A DNA stretch of 64,000 nt, taken from NCBI RefSeq assembly GCF_008831285.2, contig NC_045138.2, positions 16,802,001-16,866,000 of the forward strand, in the 5' to 3' direction. Below the pieces are notes generated by a model that worked only from the letters and a program-made list of their open reading frames with translations, ran no database searches and was not told where the DNA came from. Both the position numbers and the translations under genes were made by a program. Source of the DNA: Nymphaea colorata. Lineage: Eukaryota. Positions 50,290 to 62,084 of this stretch are shown here, one piece after another. Position 1 is the stretch's first letter. Each line of letters begins with the position of its first letter.

Positions 50290-53200
50290 TGTTGGTGTAT
50301 GGAACTTGTTTCATATTGGACACTCATATGCAATACCGCAGACAAATGTAAGGGCATTTATGTTATTTTGTACAAATGCGGGTTCCCTAATCCTTATGTT
50401 GTGAGGGGGGCCGCAGTTTCTTTTTTGGTCTTCTCTCTGAGAACGTCTGTGTTCATCTGAGAGTGAATAGTGAAAGATCTGTGCGACTGTAGATATAGGA
50501 GATTATTGCTTCGAACCACGTAAATCTTTGTCTTCTTCCTTGTTGCTTCTATCGCCCTCTTGAAAGGACGAGAGGAGAGTTTTGTGTGTTGTTCCTAACA
50601 ACTGGTATCAGAGCTAGGTTCGTTCACGATAGGAACAATGGCGTTGGAAGAAGGAAAAGTCAGAATCAAGAAGTTCGACGGTAAAGACTTCGGATTTTGG
50701 AAGATGCAGATCGAGGACTACTTGTATCAAAAGAAACTGCATGAACCACTCATGGGAGCGAAGCCCACAATAATGGCTCATGCAGATTGGCAGTTGCTGG
50801 ATAGACAAACCCTTGGAGTCATCCGGTTGACGCTGGTCAGAAACGTCGCCTTCAACATTGTTAACGAGAAGACAACAACAAGTCTGATGAAGACACTAAC
50901 ATATATGTACGAAAAACCCTCTGCTTCAAATAAGGTATATCTGATGCGTCGATTATTAAATTTGAAAATGGCTGAACGTGTCTCTGTTACGGATCACATA
51001 AATGAGTTCAATGTTATTACTTCTTAATTATGTTCTGTGGATATTAAATTTGATGATGAGGTTTAAGCTATAATTTTACTGTCATCTCTATCAGAGAGTT
51101 GGTGTGCTACTGTGAACGTCGTGAGTAGTTCATCGGGATCAAGTAAATTGAAGTTTATTGGTGTTCGAGATTTAATACTTAGTGAGAACATTCGCAAAAG
51201 AGAGGCAGGAGAACCTCTCGGTTCTGCCCTAAATGTTCAAAATAGGGGTAGAACTAATCAATGCTACCAAGAGCGTGGAAGGTCCAGATCTAAGGGAAGG
51301 AGCCAATCCAAACCTCGAAGTGATGGCTGTTGGAACTGTGGTAAGCCAGGACATCGAAAAAGAGACTGCAGATTGTTGAAAAAGAATAACCCAAATCGTG
51401 AGGATGATTCAGTAAATGCAGCAATAGAAGATATAGCTGATGCACTTGAGTGTACACAGCTCTATAGAGTCTTGGATTTTAGACTCTGCATCTTTTCATT
51501 CAACATATTCTAATGAAAGTATGCACAAGTATGTTGCAGGAAAATTTGGCAGAGTATACTTTGCATATGATGAACCTCTGGATATTGTAAGGAAATGTGA
51601 GGTTCACATTAAAATGCAAAATGGACATGTATGGAAGTTAAAAGATGTCAGACATTTCCCAGGGTTGAAGAGGAATCTCATTTCGGTCGGGCAGTTAGAT
51701 GACGAAGGCTATGTTACTACCTTTGTTGGTAGATCTTGGAAGATAACCAAAGGTGCCATGGTTATAGCACGAGGTCATAAACTTAGCACATTGTACATGA
51801 CTGCAGATGTGAAAGACACAATAGCTGTGGCGAAATGTGAGAATAAATCCATGTTGTGACATTGTAGGTTTGGGCATATGAGTGAGAAGAGAATGAAGAT
51901 CATGGCCACAAATAACAAGTTGCATGACTTGAAATCTGTAGACATTGGGTTATGTGAAGACTGTGTCTTCAGGAAACAGAACATGGTCACTTTCTCCAAA
52001 GTTGGACGGCCTCCTAAGAAGGAAAAGTTAGAGTTGGTGCATTCTGATGTTTGGGGACCAGTTCCAGTTCGTTCTCTAAGAGGATCCTCATACTATGTCA
52101 CATTCATTGATGATTGTATCAGAAAGGTATGAGTCTATTTTCTCAAGCATAAATCTGACGTGTTTAATGTTTTTAAAAGATGAAAGCAGAAGTAGAAAAT
52201 CAGACATGAAAGAAGATTAAGTGTCTACGGTCAGACAATGAATGTGAGTATGACATCAAAGAGTTTAAAGACTTTCGTGCAGATCATGAGATTCGAACAC
52301 AAAGGACGATCCCTAAAATACCACGACAAAATGGAGTTACTGAAAGAATGAACAGAACCCTTTGTGAAAGAGCAAGCAACATAAGACTGCATTCAGGCTT
52401 GCAAAGAATTTTTGGGCTGATGCAATCAATACAACTGCATACTTGAAAAATCGTGGGTCTTCCGTTCCTTTAGACTATGGGATACCTAAAGAAGTCTGGA
52501 TCGACAAGGATGTAAATCTTGCACACTTAAGAGTCTTTGGTTGTGTCTCTTACATACATATAGACTCGGATAAAAGGGATAAATTAGACCCTAAGTTCAG
52601 GAATTGTTATTTCATTGGTTATGAAAATGATGAGTTTGAGTATCGTTTTTGGGATGATAAAGCGAAGAAAATTATTAGACATAATGACGTAGTGTTCAAT
52701 GAAATGGCTCTGTACAAAGACAATGATAGTCTTATGTCATGAGACAAGTGAAGACATTGTAGAACTTCAAGATGTCTGTGAAGATGATGTTGCAATTATG
52801 ACTCAAGATGGAAACAGTCAGATGAAACATGAACCCAGCACATCCCAACCTTCATTGAGGGGATCAAGTAGAAGACCAAAACCAAATCGAAGGTATTCTC
52901 CTTATTTACATTATTTACTATTAACTGATGCCGAAGAACCAGAGTGTTTTGATGAAGCAATGCATGTCACAGATTCAGTGAGAGTTAGCTATGGAAGAAG
53001 AGATGGACTCTCTACATGCTAACAGAACATGAAAACTAACTGAGCTTCCTTGTAGAAAGAAGACATTGCAAAACAAATGGGTATACAAGATTAAAGAAGA
53101 TGCAGATGAAAGAAAAATGTATAAAGCAAGGTTAGTAGTGAAAGTTTTTCAACAAAAAGAAGGTATAGATTATACAGAAATTTTCTTTCCTGTTGTAAAA

Positions 53201-54852
53201 CTAACTACTATAAGATTGATATTAAGTTTAGTTGCAACTGAAAATTTATATTTGGAGCAACTAAATGTAAAAACTGCATTCCTTCATGGGGATTTGGAAG
53301 AAGATATTTATATGGTGCAACCTGAAGGTTTTCAGGTACGAGGAAATGAAAGCCTTGTATGCAAGTTAGAGAAGAGTATCTATGGTTTAAAACAGGTACC
53401 GAGACAGTGGTACAAAAAGTTTGATAACTTCATGGGGAGAAATGCCTTTAAGAAGTGTGATATGGATCACTGTTGCTATTTTAAGAACTTTGATAGTTGT
53501 TATATCATTTTATTATTATATGTGGACGATATGCTTATTGTAGTTTCAAATTTGCAAGAGATCAATACTTTGAAAGAACAACTATCAAAGGAGTTTGAAA
53601 TGAAAGATTTAGGTGTTGCGAAACAAATCCTCAGGATGAGAATTAGTAGGGATAGTAAGACATGTACTTTAAATTTGTCTCAACAAAATTATATTGAGAA
53701 GATCTTGTACAGGTTTAAGATGCAAGATGCTAAACTTATTAGTACGCCTCTTGCTAGTCATTTCAAATTGTCCAAGGATTTGTCACCCAAGACAGATGAA
53801 GAGCATGAAGAAATGTCAAGGATTCCATATGCTTCAACAGTGTGTCGCTTGATGTATGCTATGGTATGCATCAGACCAGACATAGCGAGCAGTGAGCAGA
53901 TTCATAGTTGAGCCTGGAAAGAAACATTGGGAGGCTGTGAAGTGGATATTACGATATTTAAAAGGAGGTATGAGTCTTTCTTTTAAGAAAAATGAAATAC
54001 AATTGCATGGTTTTGTGGATGCAGATTTGGGTGGTGATTTTGACAGCAGGAGAAGCACCACTGGGTACATTTACACCATAAGAGGAACCTATGTCAGTTG
54101 GGTTTTTCAACTTCAAAAGGCTGTTGCGTTGTCTACTACTGAAGCTGAATGTATTGCAGTTACAAAAGCCAGTAAAGAGATGATTTGACTAAAGACTATT
54201 ATAAAAGAATTGCATGTAAAGGAAGAGAAGAGTGTTCTCTCTTGTGACAGTCAAAGTGCAATTCATTTAGTCAAGAATCTAGTGTTCCATGCTAGAACAA
54301 AACATATTGAATTGAAGTATCATTTCATTAGAGATTTGTTGAAAGAGAAGATACCATCTTTTGAAAAGATTCGTGGAACAGAAAGTCCAGCAGATATGTT
54401 GATAAAGCCAGTGACTGCTGAGAAACTGAAGTTATGTTTAACCTCAGTTGGTCTCCAAGGTTGATTGATGAGGAGGCGTCGCATAGGTTGAGTATGTGAT
54501 GTATAAACACTTGGATGAATCAAATTTCAAGTGGGAGATTGTTGGTGTATGGAACTTGATCCATACTGGACACTTATATACAATACCGTGGACAAATGTA
54601 AGGGCATTTATGTCATTTTGTACAAATGCAGGTTTGCCCTAATCCTTATGTTGTGAGGGGGGCCGCAGTTTCTTTTTTGGTTTTCTCTCTGAGAGTGTCT
54701 GTGTTCATATGAGAGTGAATAGTGAAAGATCTGTGCGACCGTGGACATAGGAGATTATTGCTCCGAACCACGTAAATCTTTGTCTTCTTCCTTGTTGCTT
54801 CTATCCCCTTCTTGAAAGGACGAGAGGAGAGTTTTGTGTGTTGTTCCTAACA
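50290..54852 (+). mobile_element. Ty1/copia LTR retrotransposon, structurally complete but inactive (same insertion as 31627-35913)
   Basis: 5' LTR 50290-50600, PBS at 50603, gag ATG 50638 (FDGKDFGFWKMQIEDYL), zinc knuckle CWNCGKPGHRKRDC, RT YVDD, RNase H, PPT aagtgggaga, 3' LTR 54540-54852, TSD GCCCG/ACCCG. Frameshifts and stops throughout. Confidence 0.96.
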
Positions 54853-57174
54853 ACCCGATCGATCAAAAGTTCTATATTAAGTCATCGTACAGTATATTCT
54901 TGTTGAGATATTCATTTCGAGGTCTGGTTCAATTTCAGGCATTTGAGGCCAATAGAATTGGCAATTTGGATTCCTGTTAAACGTTGTTTATTATTGGGGG
55001 GGAAATTTCCATGATCTAACATAAAATTGGCAGCGGACGATTGAACTAAGTCCTCCACTTCCAGCTTCAGCTTGGATAGGAATTGTGTGTGCGAAACCAG
55101 AGTACTTCGTTTACTGAGTTCTTATAAATCTTACATTGCAGATTATTAAGGTTGTTCAGGGAGCAGCTTATGCATCAGTAAACACGTGCATGGTTCAAAG
55201 TACTCTTATAGAATACAACCAATGCAATCTCTAGTTACATTGTCACCCGTCTGAGTAAGAATTCACTACTTAAATTTCATGTTTGTCAAAAACAATTACA
55301 TGGAAAAACTAAACTATGTTATTAATGAGTTCTCCGACTTACTCTGGGAAAGAAAATAACTATGTTGCTTTTGATCTTGGGTAATTTAAATGGGGGATCA
55401 CAACTTACCAATTTTGTTTTACCACCGAAAAGTTTTGAATTATAAAATGGTGGAGATTCAGCGTTCTCTGTTAAGTGACCTTGAGGAAGTGCCCTTTATT
55501 AGAAGCCGTCTGATGGGACAGAGCTGAGAAATACGTTATGTACAAATCAAATGTAAGATAGAACAGACAGAACTGGCAAGCATGTTCTCTGTGAACTAAA
55601 CGGAGCAAACATTCCTAATTTCATCAAACAATTAACGGATAGAGAACTGGTCTGTCCAACGGACAAGATGGTGGTGTAAAGAACAGGACGTCCTACCATC
55701 CTATCCTCTGGGACATGATTCAAACGACCTCATAAGAAAACCGACTTACACTACACAACTAGTTATTGGTTTTTGTTTGGGGGGCAGCACTCAAAGAGAC
55801 TTTAGTGGCGCTTTCTGCAAAACGTCATTGAACATCTAACTTTTATTGATGTCCCTTTATTTGGCGTCAGTAAATTTACATCTTGGGCACTATGCTTTCC
55901 ATTATTATTTTCATCATCCATTTATCTGTTGGCATCCTTAGAGGGAGCGGGGAAGGAGATGCTTGTAATGGTGTATATCACTGTTGTTGGATTTTTTCTA
56001 ATTGAAACCAATAAATAAAATTGATTTTTTTTTTTGAAAGCACAATTACCGCTAAATTTGGATTTTGCCTTTCGCATCATATTCAAATCCAAGTTGGTCT
56101 TAATGTCGAATTAAGATATATCTGAATAATACTAACTGATCATAAACGTACCCAATGTGAATTCAAGAAGTTGGCATCCTCATTATTGGATTCTTTTTCA
56201 CTCAAACCAACGAATATTTCGATTCCTTCAAAGGTACAATTACACTTGAAATTGGATTTTTCCTTTTTTGTGTTCAAATTCAAGTGGCTTTCAAGTTAAA
56301 TTAAGACATAGTTGAATAGTCCTGGATGTCAATTGATCAGATGTCAATCAGATATACCTTTAATTATATATACTTTTGTGGATATTCACATATGTAGATT
56401 TGAATGCGAAGAAAGAAAAACTTTATCCAAATCCAAATCAGTTCGCAATTTTTGAATTAAATTTAGCCGATTCTAAATGTAAGAGTATTGAATATATGAT
56501 ATTTATTTAAAACTAAACCACAAACAAATCCAAATTCGAATCCGATTGAATGTCATTTCTTAATTCAAATATGAACTGATTTGTTGACTAGATATTAATT
56601 TTTTTTTCAGATCTGATTTTTTCTAAACTGTTTGGTAAAATATTCTGTCCATATTTGAGATATTGACATCCCTACATTACTTAATTTTAAGAAACACCTA
56701 AAACTAATGCGCTGTTCTTAAAAAAATGTTGGCATTTTTAGGGGACACCAAAAACGGTAGCAGGAGTCTAAAGAAAGAACGCCAAATCCACTAACGAAGA
56801 AACCTTGGAATGTCGCATGCACGAAAAGATTGTCGAAGAAGACACGATATTTTATAGACGAACTTCAACTTCAAAGCACCTTTTCCCATCACAAGAAGAC
56901 AGACCAAGCAACCTTCACAATCTCCAATCCCCAGGACAAACCAGAGACAGAATTTACCCCAATACCAAAAACTCACGACTCTAACTTCTATCATAAGGAT
57001 TCATGACGGCCACTACACCCGTGCATGTTAAAAAGCAAGACAACAACACAAACACGGGACTACAAATGACTTACCCGGTTACCCATGCACAACGGGTAGC
57101 CATCACACAACATTGACCCCAAAATACATCTTGCCACAATTTTCAACCATGAACATGCATAAGGACCGTTTGCA

Positions 57175-58050
57175 TCACGCTTTATAAAGCAGCCTCCTGA
57201 CGGCGTCAGCTTTGTCCTTCTCCACGGTAGCCAACAGCTGCTCGACCCTCCCCTTCACGACCCTCTCCTTCAGATCATCAACCTCCTTCTCCAAGCTCCT
57301 TAAGCGGCTGCAAGTCTCCTCCAGCACCACCGTTTGCGGCACCTGCACCACCAGCCATATGCTCAAAATGCTTCACATTGATGTTAATATTATAGGTAAG
57401 ATCTACTGCATCCCAAAGGCGTTTGGTCCAACAGTCAAGGTGAAAGTCAATAAGCGGTTGGTTTCAAGGGTGGGCATGGGGTTGGGCCGCCGTCGGGTAC
57501 TCGAAACCCAGCCTAAATCTGGGCCAAGAAAACCGGCCTCAATCCGGGCCAAGAAAGCCTGGTCGGACCTCACAGGCCGACCAGATGCCCACCCTTGGTT
57601 GGTTTCCGTTTCAAATCTCTTGAACCTGAAGCACAGTAGAGGGTGACACCCTGAGGCAAGAAAAACAGGTAATGTATTTTAAGAGAATAAAGGAATAAAT
57701 GCAGACTTCAGCCTTACCACAGGTAGTGGGGAACCCACTCACCGGAAAGATAAAAGATCTAATACCAATCAACCAGTCTGCTATAGGCTCAGTAGTCCAC
57801 AGAACAAAATAGATACTTCAGGTTTTTTATTTTTTATTTACATATGATTGCCCTTTAAAATTTGATATTTAAAACAATAGTGCCCCTAAGCCAGAAAATT
57901 CTGTGACTCCACAGTAAATCAACCAACCTGAGGTGTGTTGCGAAGCTCCGGAAGCAAGTTCTTCAGCTGCTTTATCAGTTGTTCGACCTTCTGGTCGGTC
58001 GAACCTGAGGAACATGCACTAACGGGTGAGTTTGATCCCGAGCTAGACAT
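57175..58050 (-). CDS. PRE/ILI-family atypical HLH protein, type B copy 2 (96 aa)
   Basis: Exon 1 58050-57928, exon 2 57342-57175. Coding sequence appears identical to B1. Confidence 0.85.
57465..57597. mobile_element. hAT-type MITE in the intron of PRE B2
   Basis: Perfect TIR CAAGGGTGGGCAT/ATGCCCACCCTTG, TSD GTTGGTTT. Confidence 0.9.
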
Positions 58051-61000
58051 CTTCACTGGAGAGGGATAGCGAGGGAGAGAGTGTCAAGTTCTTGGTTTGC
58101 TATCAAGTCGCAGACTGAGTGAAGGAGAAGAGAGAGGAGCAAGGAAGGGCGTGTTCGTGGGGAGGAGGAATGGCCTGAGGTTGGTATTAAATAAGGTTGC
58201 GCAGAGAGAATCATATTCAAGAGATGCACCATAAAAAATCCTGACTCCACCTTTCATGCCAAAGCAGAAAGATTGAAATATTATTGTCATTGATTTTACA
58301 ATCAACAAGTATGCACAAGGCTTCTGATAAATCTCAAGTTTACAGGCTGTTAATTAAATTAAAGGCAAAATTTAAGATTTTTCTTCCTTATGTGTACCTA
58401 AGATTTTGTCGAGCTCGGTTTGGATGAATGAAAATGAATGGAAAGGGAAGGATGAAAATAAATGAAAAGAAAAGGAAGGAGAAGGGAATGAGGTGCTAAA
58501 TAAGAAGAAAGAAAGTAAAAGGAAATAGATGATTATAAAACTTGTTTGAACAGAAAGGAAACAAGCAAAGCTTTTCATTTTATTTACATTGAGTTATAAT
58601 TTCATTTTCTTTGCAACCAAACATGTTTTTTTTTTTTTCTTTCCTTCACTTCCTTCTTAATCAACCATTAAACATCAAATTCACTATATTTTCCTTTTAT
58701 TTCCCTCCATCCTAACAAGCCATCCTGCAGATTTGAAATCCATGGGCCATATGTGGATCATATGACAAAAGATCTATGGTAAAGCCCATGCTACATCAAA
58801 CAAATGATCTTAGGTCAGACTTAAGATTCACAATTAAGGCCCTTATTTTATTTCTTTGAATAAAAAAAATGCTGCATTTGAAATCAGAGTGGGGGACCGA
58901 ACTTCAATCCCTGGTCTACAAATCCTAAGGATCTCAATTCCAAAGCCATCAAATGCCCCCTAAGTGAAAGGGCAGGAAGTACTGCAACATTTTCCTATTA
59001 CATACGGTCAATCAAAGAAGTTTTTTGTTATTCAGATGCTTTTTGTTCGATTGAATGACAAACTTGGATTTAAATTTGCAAAGGGCAAATTAATCCGACA
59101 ACCAAGTAGCACAATTCAGATATTTCTTGATTCGACTTGAAGCCAAACTTGGATCTTAATATGAAAAAAAGGCCAATTTTAACTGTAAATATACGTTTGA
59201 AAAAAGAAATCAAAGATTTCAGGTCCATTTATATCTATGTAAAACTATTCAAATGTTTTTTTATTGGTCTATTTATATCCATGTAAGACTATTCAAATGT
59301 TTTTTTTATTGGACTTGAAGCCAAACTTGGATTTCAATATGAAAAAGGCAAAATCATTTAACAGTAATTATGCCTCATTTAACAATCTGCACCAAAATAT
59401 TTGGGCATCCTTAAACGCAAATGATTAAAATAACAGTTCTCTTTTGCTTGGTAGCCGAGATATACATGGATTAATAAAATACTTTTCCTTATAATTTTCA
59501 ATATAAGATTTTTTTTCTTTCTGCACAAGAGAACGCATACTCCATGAGAAATTTTTTTATTAAATACCAGCTTTTCGCATCTACTTTTAAGTACTTAGAT
59601 GTTAGTATGAAGAAAATGAAAAAAACGAAAGCAGTAATGACCCGGTGTTATTGTGCATAGATAGCTGAGACGATGCTGAACCAATTAATAAATGAAAAAA
59701 AAGGAAAATGAACACTGTATAAGGTGAAGAATTAGCAAAAGAAAACATTGTGGCCTAAATGATCAAAGTACTATATTAAGTCATGGTTAACCTACTAAAG
59801 CAACATATCTTGAAAAACATCTAAAAGAAACAAAAAAGCACAGCAAATTATAGCATCACACAAACACACACATGCACACCGATGGCGAAAGTGTACACGT
59901 GTCTTAGATATTAAAGACTGTTACAAAAAAGAAAAGGGAAGAAAGTCCAAGTTTATCTAGGATGTTCATTGCTGGTATCGTACAGTATATGCTTGTTGAG
60001 CTATTTATTTCGAGGTCTGGTTCATCTTTGCTGTTTGAATTTCTTGCATTTGAGGCTAATAGATTTGGCATTTAGGATTCATGCTAAATGTTGTTTATTA
60101 ACACGGAGTAGGTTTCCATGATCTGACATAAAATTTACAACAGATGATTGAACTTGATCCTCCACTTCCAGCTTCAGCTGTGGATAGGAATTGTGTGTGC
60201 AGAAACAGAGCACTTTGCTTCGATCAACGGTCTTTCAGTCGGGTACCCATCGGTTTCTCTCAGTCGGTAAAAACTGATTAATTTGGGGAAATCTCCAAAC
60301 ATAGTCGATCGCTAGCTTTTTCAACCAGCCGCTAAAGGAGCTACCCCAAAACCCTCACATGCCACCCACCTCACCCTTTTTGTCGTCTCTTTTCCTTCTT
60401 GTGTGCTGCTAATTTCTTATTTCACAGTCTTTCTTCCACTATATATGAACGGACAACTTGTATAGCTTCTAGAGAAACTGATATTTATTGTGGAAACTTA
60501 TTGTAGTTTAAGAATAACCAAGTTATGGAAATTGTTAAACTGCCTTTCCAATTTCGTTACTTGCATGTCTTTGAACTTGGGTTGGTCAGATTTGTCTCTT
60601 ACCATCACCTCTTGTAAGTTATCTGTGTCAAAGTCCGGGAAAACATCTGTTTTAGTAGACAAATTAAATTTTGTTTTAGTATTTACTAGAAAAACATGAT
60701 GGATATATGCTATGTGCTGGAAGAGTTATTTCTGGATCTACTTGTCTTAAACACACTTTCTGTCTTCGTCAAGTACTTTAACAAGGCATTGACGAGTTCT
60801 ATTGTATCATGTTCATGACGACTGAACATAATTTTTAAGAAACTTCAATCTAAGCTGTGGTATTTATACTCTTAGCCACAGTTTTGACATTTTGATGTTG
60901 CAGAAACCTACCGAAAACGGTGTGCTAGAACATCTAAATGTCAGAATTGAATTCTTTTGTGGAAATTTTCTTCATTTTCCCAACCTCTGACATCATAAGA

Positions 61001-62084
61001 ATATTGCCAAGAGAACTGTTTTAGCATTGTCTTGTGATCCCTATGCTTGGTATGGTTTTTGAAGCAACAGCATAATATTTCGCCTCACCACATTCTCCTT
61101 TGAGCCATCCATCTATTGAATTAGCAACAATCTGGGCATGAGCTAAACTGAGAAATTATGTTGTTACTGGGAACATGGTCCATTTCAGCAACTCCTGATC
61201 AGGTGGGTCATAATTTTAGTCGAATTATAAGATGGACCTAAAAAACACCCCTTAGTGAAAGGCTACAACCATGTATGTCTTATTTTGAAGTAATGCGATC
61301 AATGAAGGCTTATAAAACCTTCAAATCCGTGATACTAACTTGCTGGGAAATGATGTCTTCCGTTAGATTGTGCATGTGTGCTATACCGTTTTGTATATTT
61401 TCTGCAAAAATACATTTGAAGAGGTAGGAACCTGTTGGAGTGCGGAGCTTGATCCATACTTGATAGCCTTCCCTAGTTTCTGTAAAGGCATTTATGTCAT
61501 TTTTTTATGGGTTTTGCCCTAGTCTCATGTTTATGAGGCCGCTGTTTGGCTTGTACTCAGTATTCTTCTATGATAATGAAAATTGCTCTATGTGGTAACC
61601 GTAGACATAGGAGAATGTTGTCTTCCAACCTAATAAATCTTTGTGTTTTCTTTCTTTCTCTTTCTAATTTTTATTCTATTGGTATATTAAAAGAGTCTGA
61701 GAAAGTCTCGTTCCAAATATAACTGACCTTCATTGAGTTATGGTTAGAGGTCGATAATAGAAAATTCACCTTTAGGGCACCTTGTTTTTTCCCTTGTGTG
61801 TGTGTGTGTAGGGTTTGATCTAACCATGGGATTCACTGCAACAGGCGGTTTGTTATTTAGGTGCTTATAGTTAGTTTTCACTTTGCTTGTTCTCAAACTA
61901 ACTTGCATCTAAAGATGGTGATCTCCAAAGCCGAAAGCTGGTTATATGCACATAGCCGGTATTAAAAGCGGTAAGAATCTTGAAAAGTGTAATGGGCACA
62001 TACAAATAATTGTTATATATATATATATATATATATTATACACACACACATAATATTTCACCACTCAATTTCAGTATTTCACGT

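Larger units (their letters stand above)
43349..61757 (+). repeat. Tandem segmental duplication, copy 2 (~18.4 kb)
   Basis: Collinear with copy 1. Ends at gttatggttagaggtcgataa, matching the end of copy 1 (gttatggttagagggcgataa, ~43330-43350). Confidence 0.95.
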
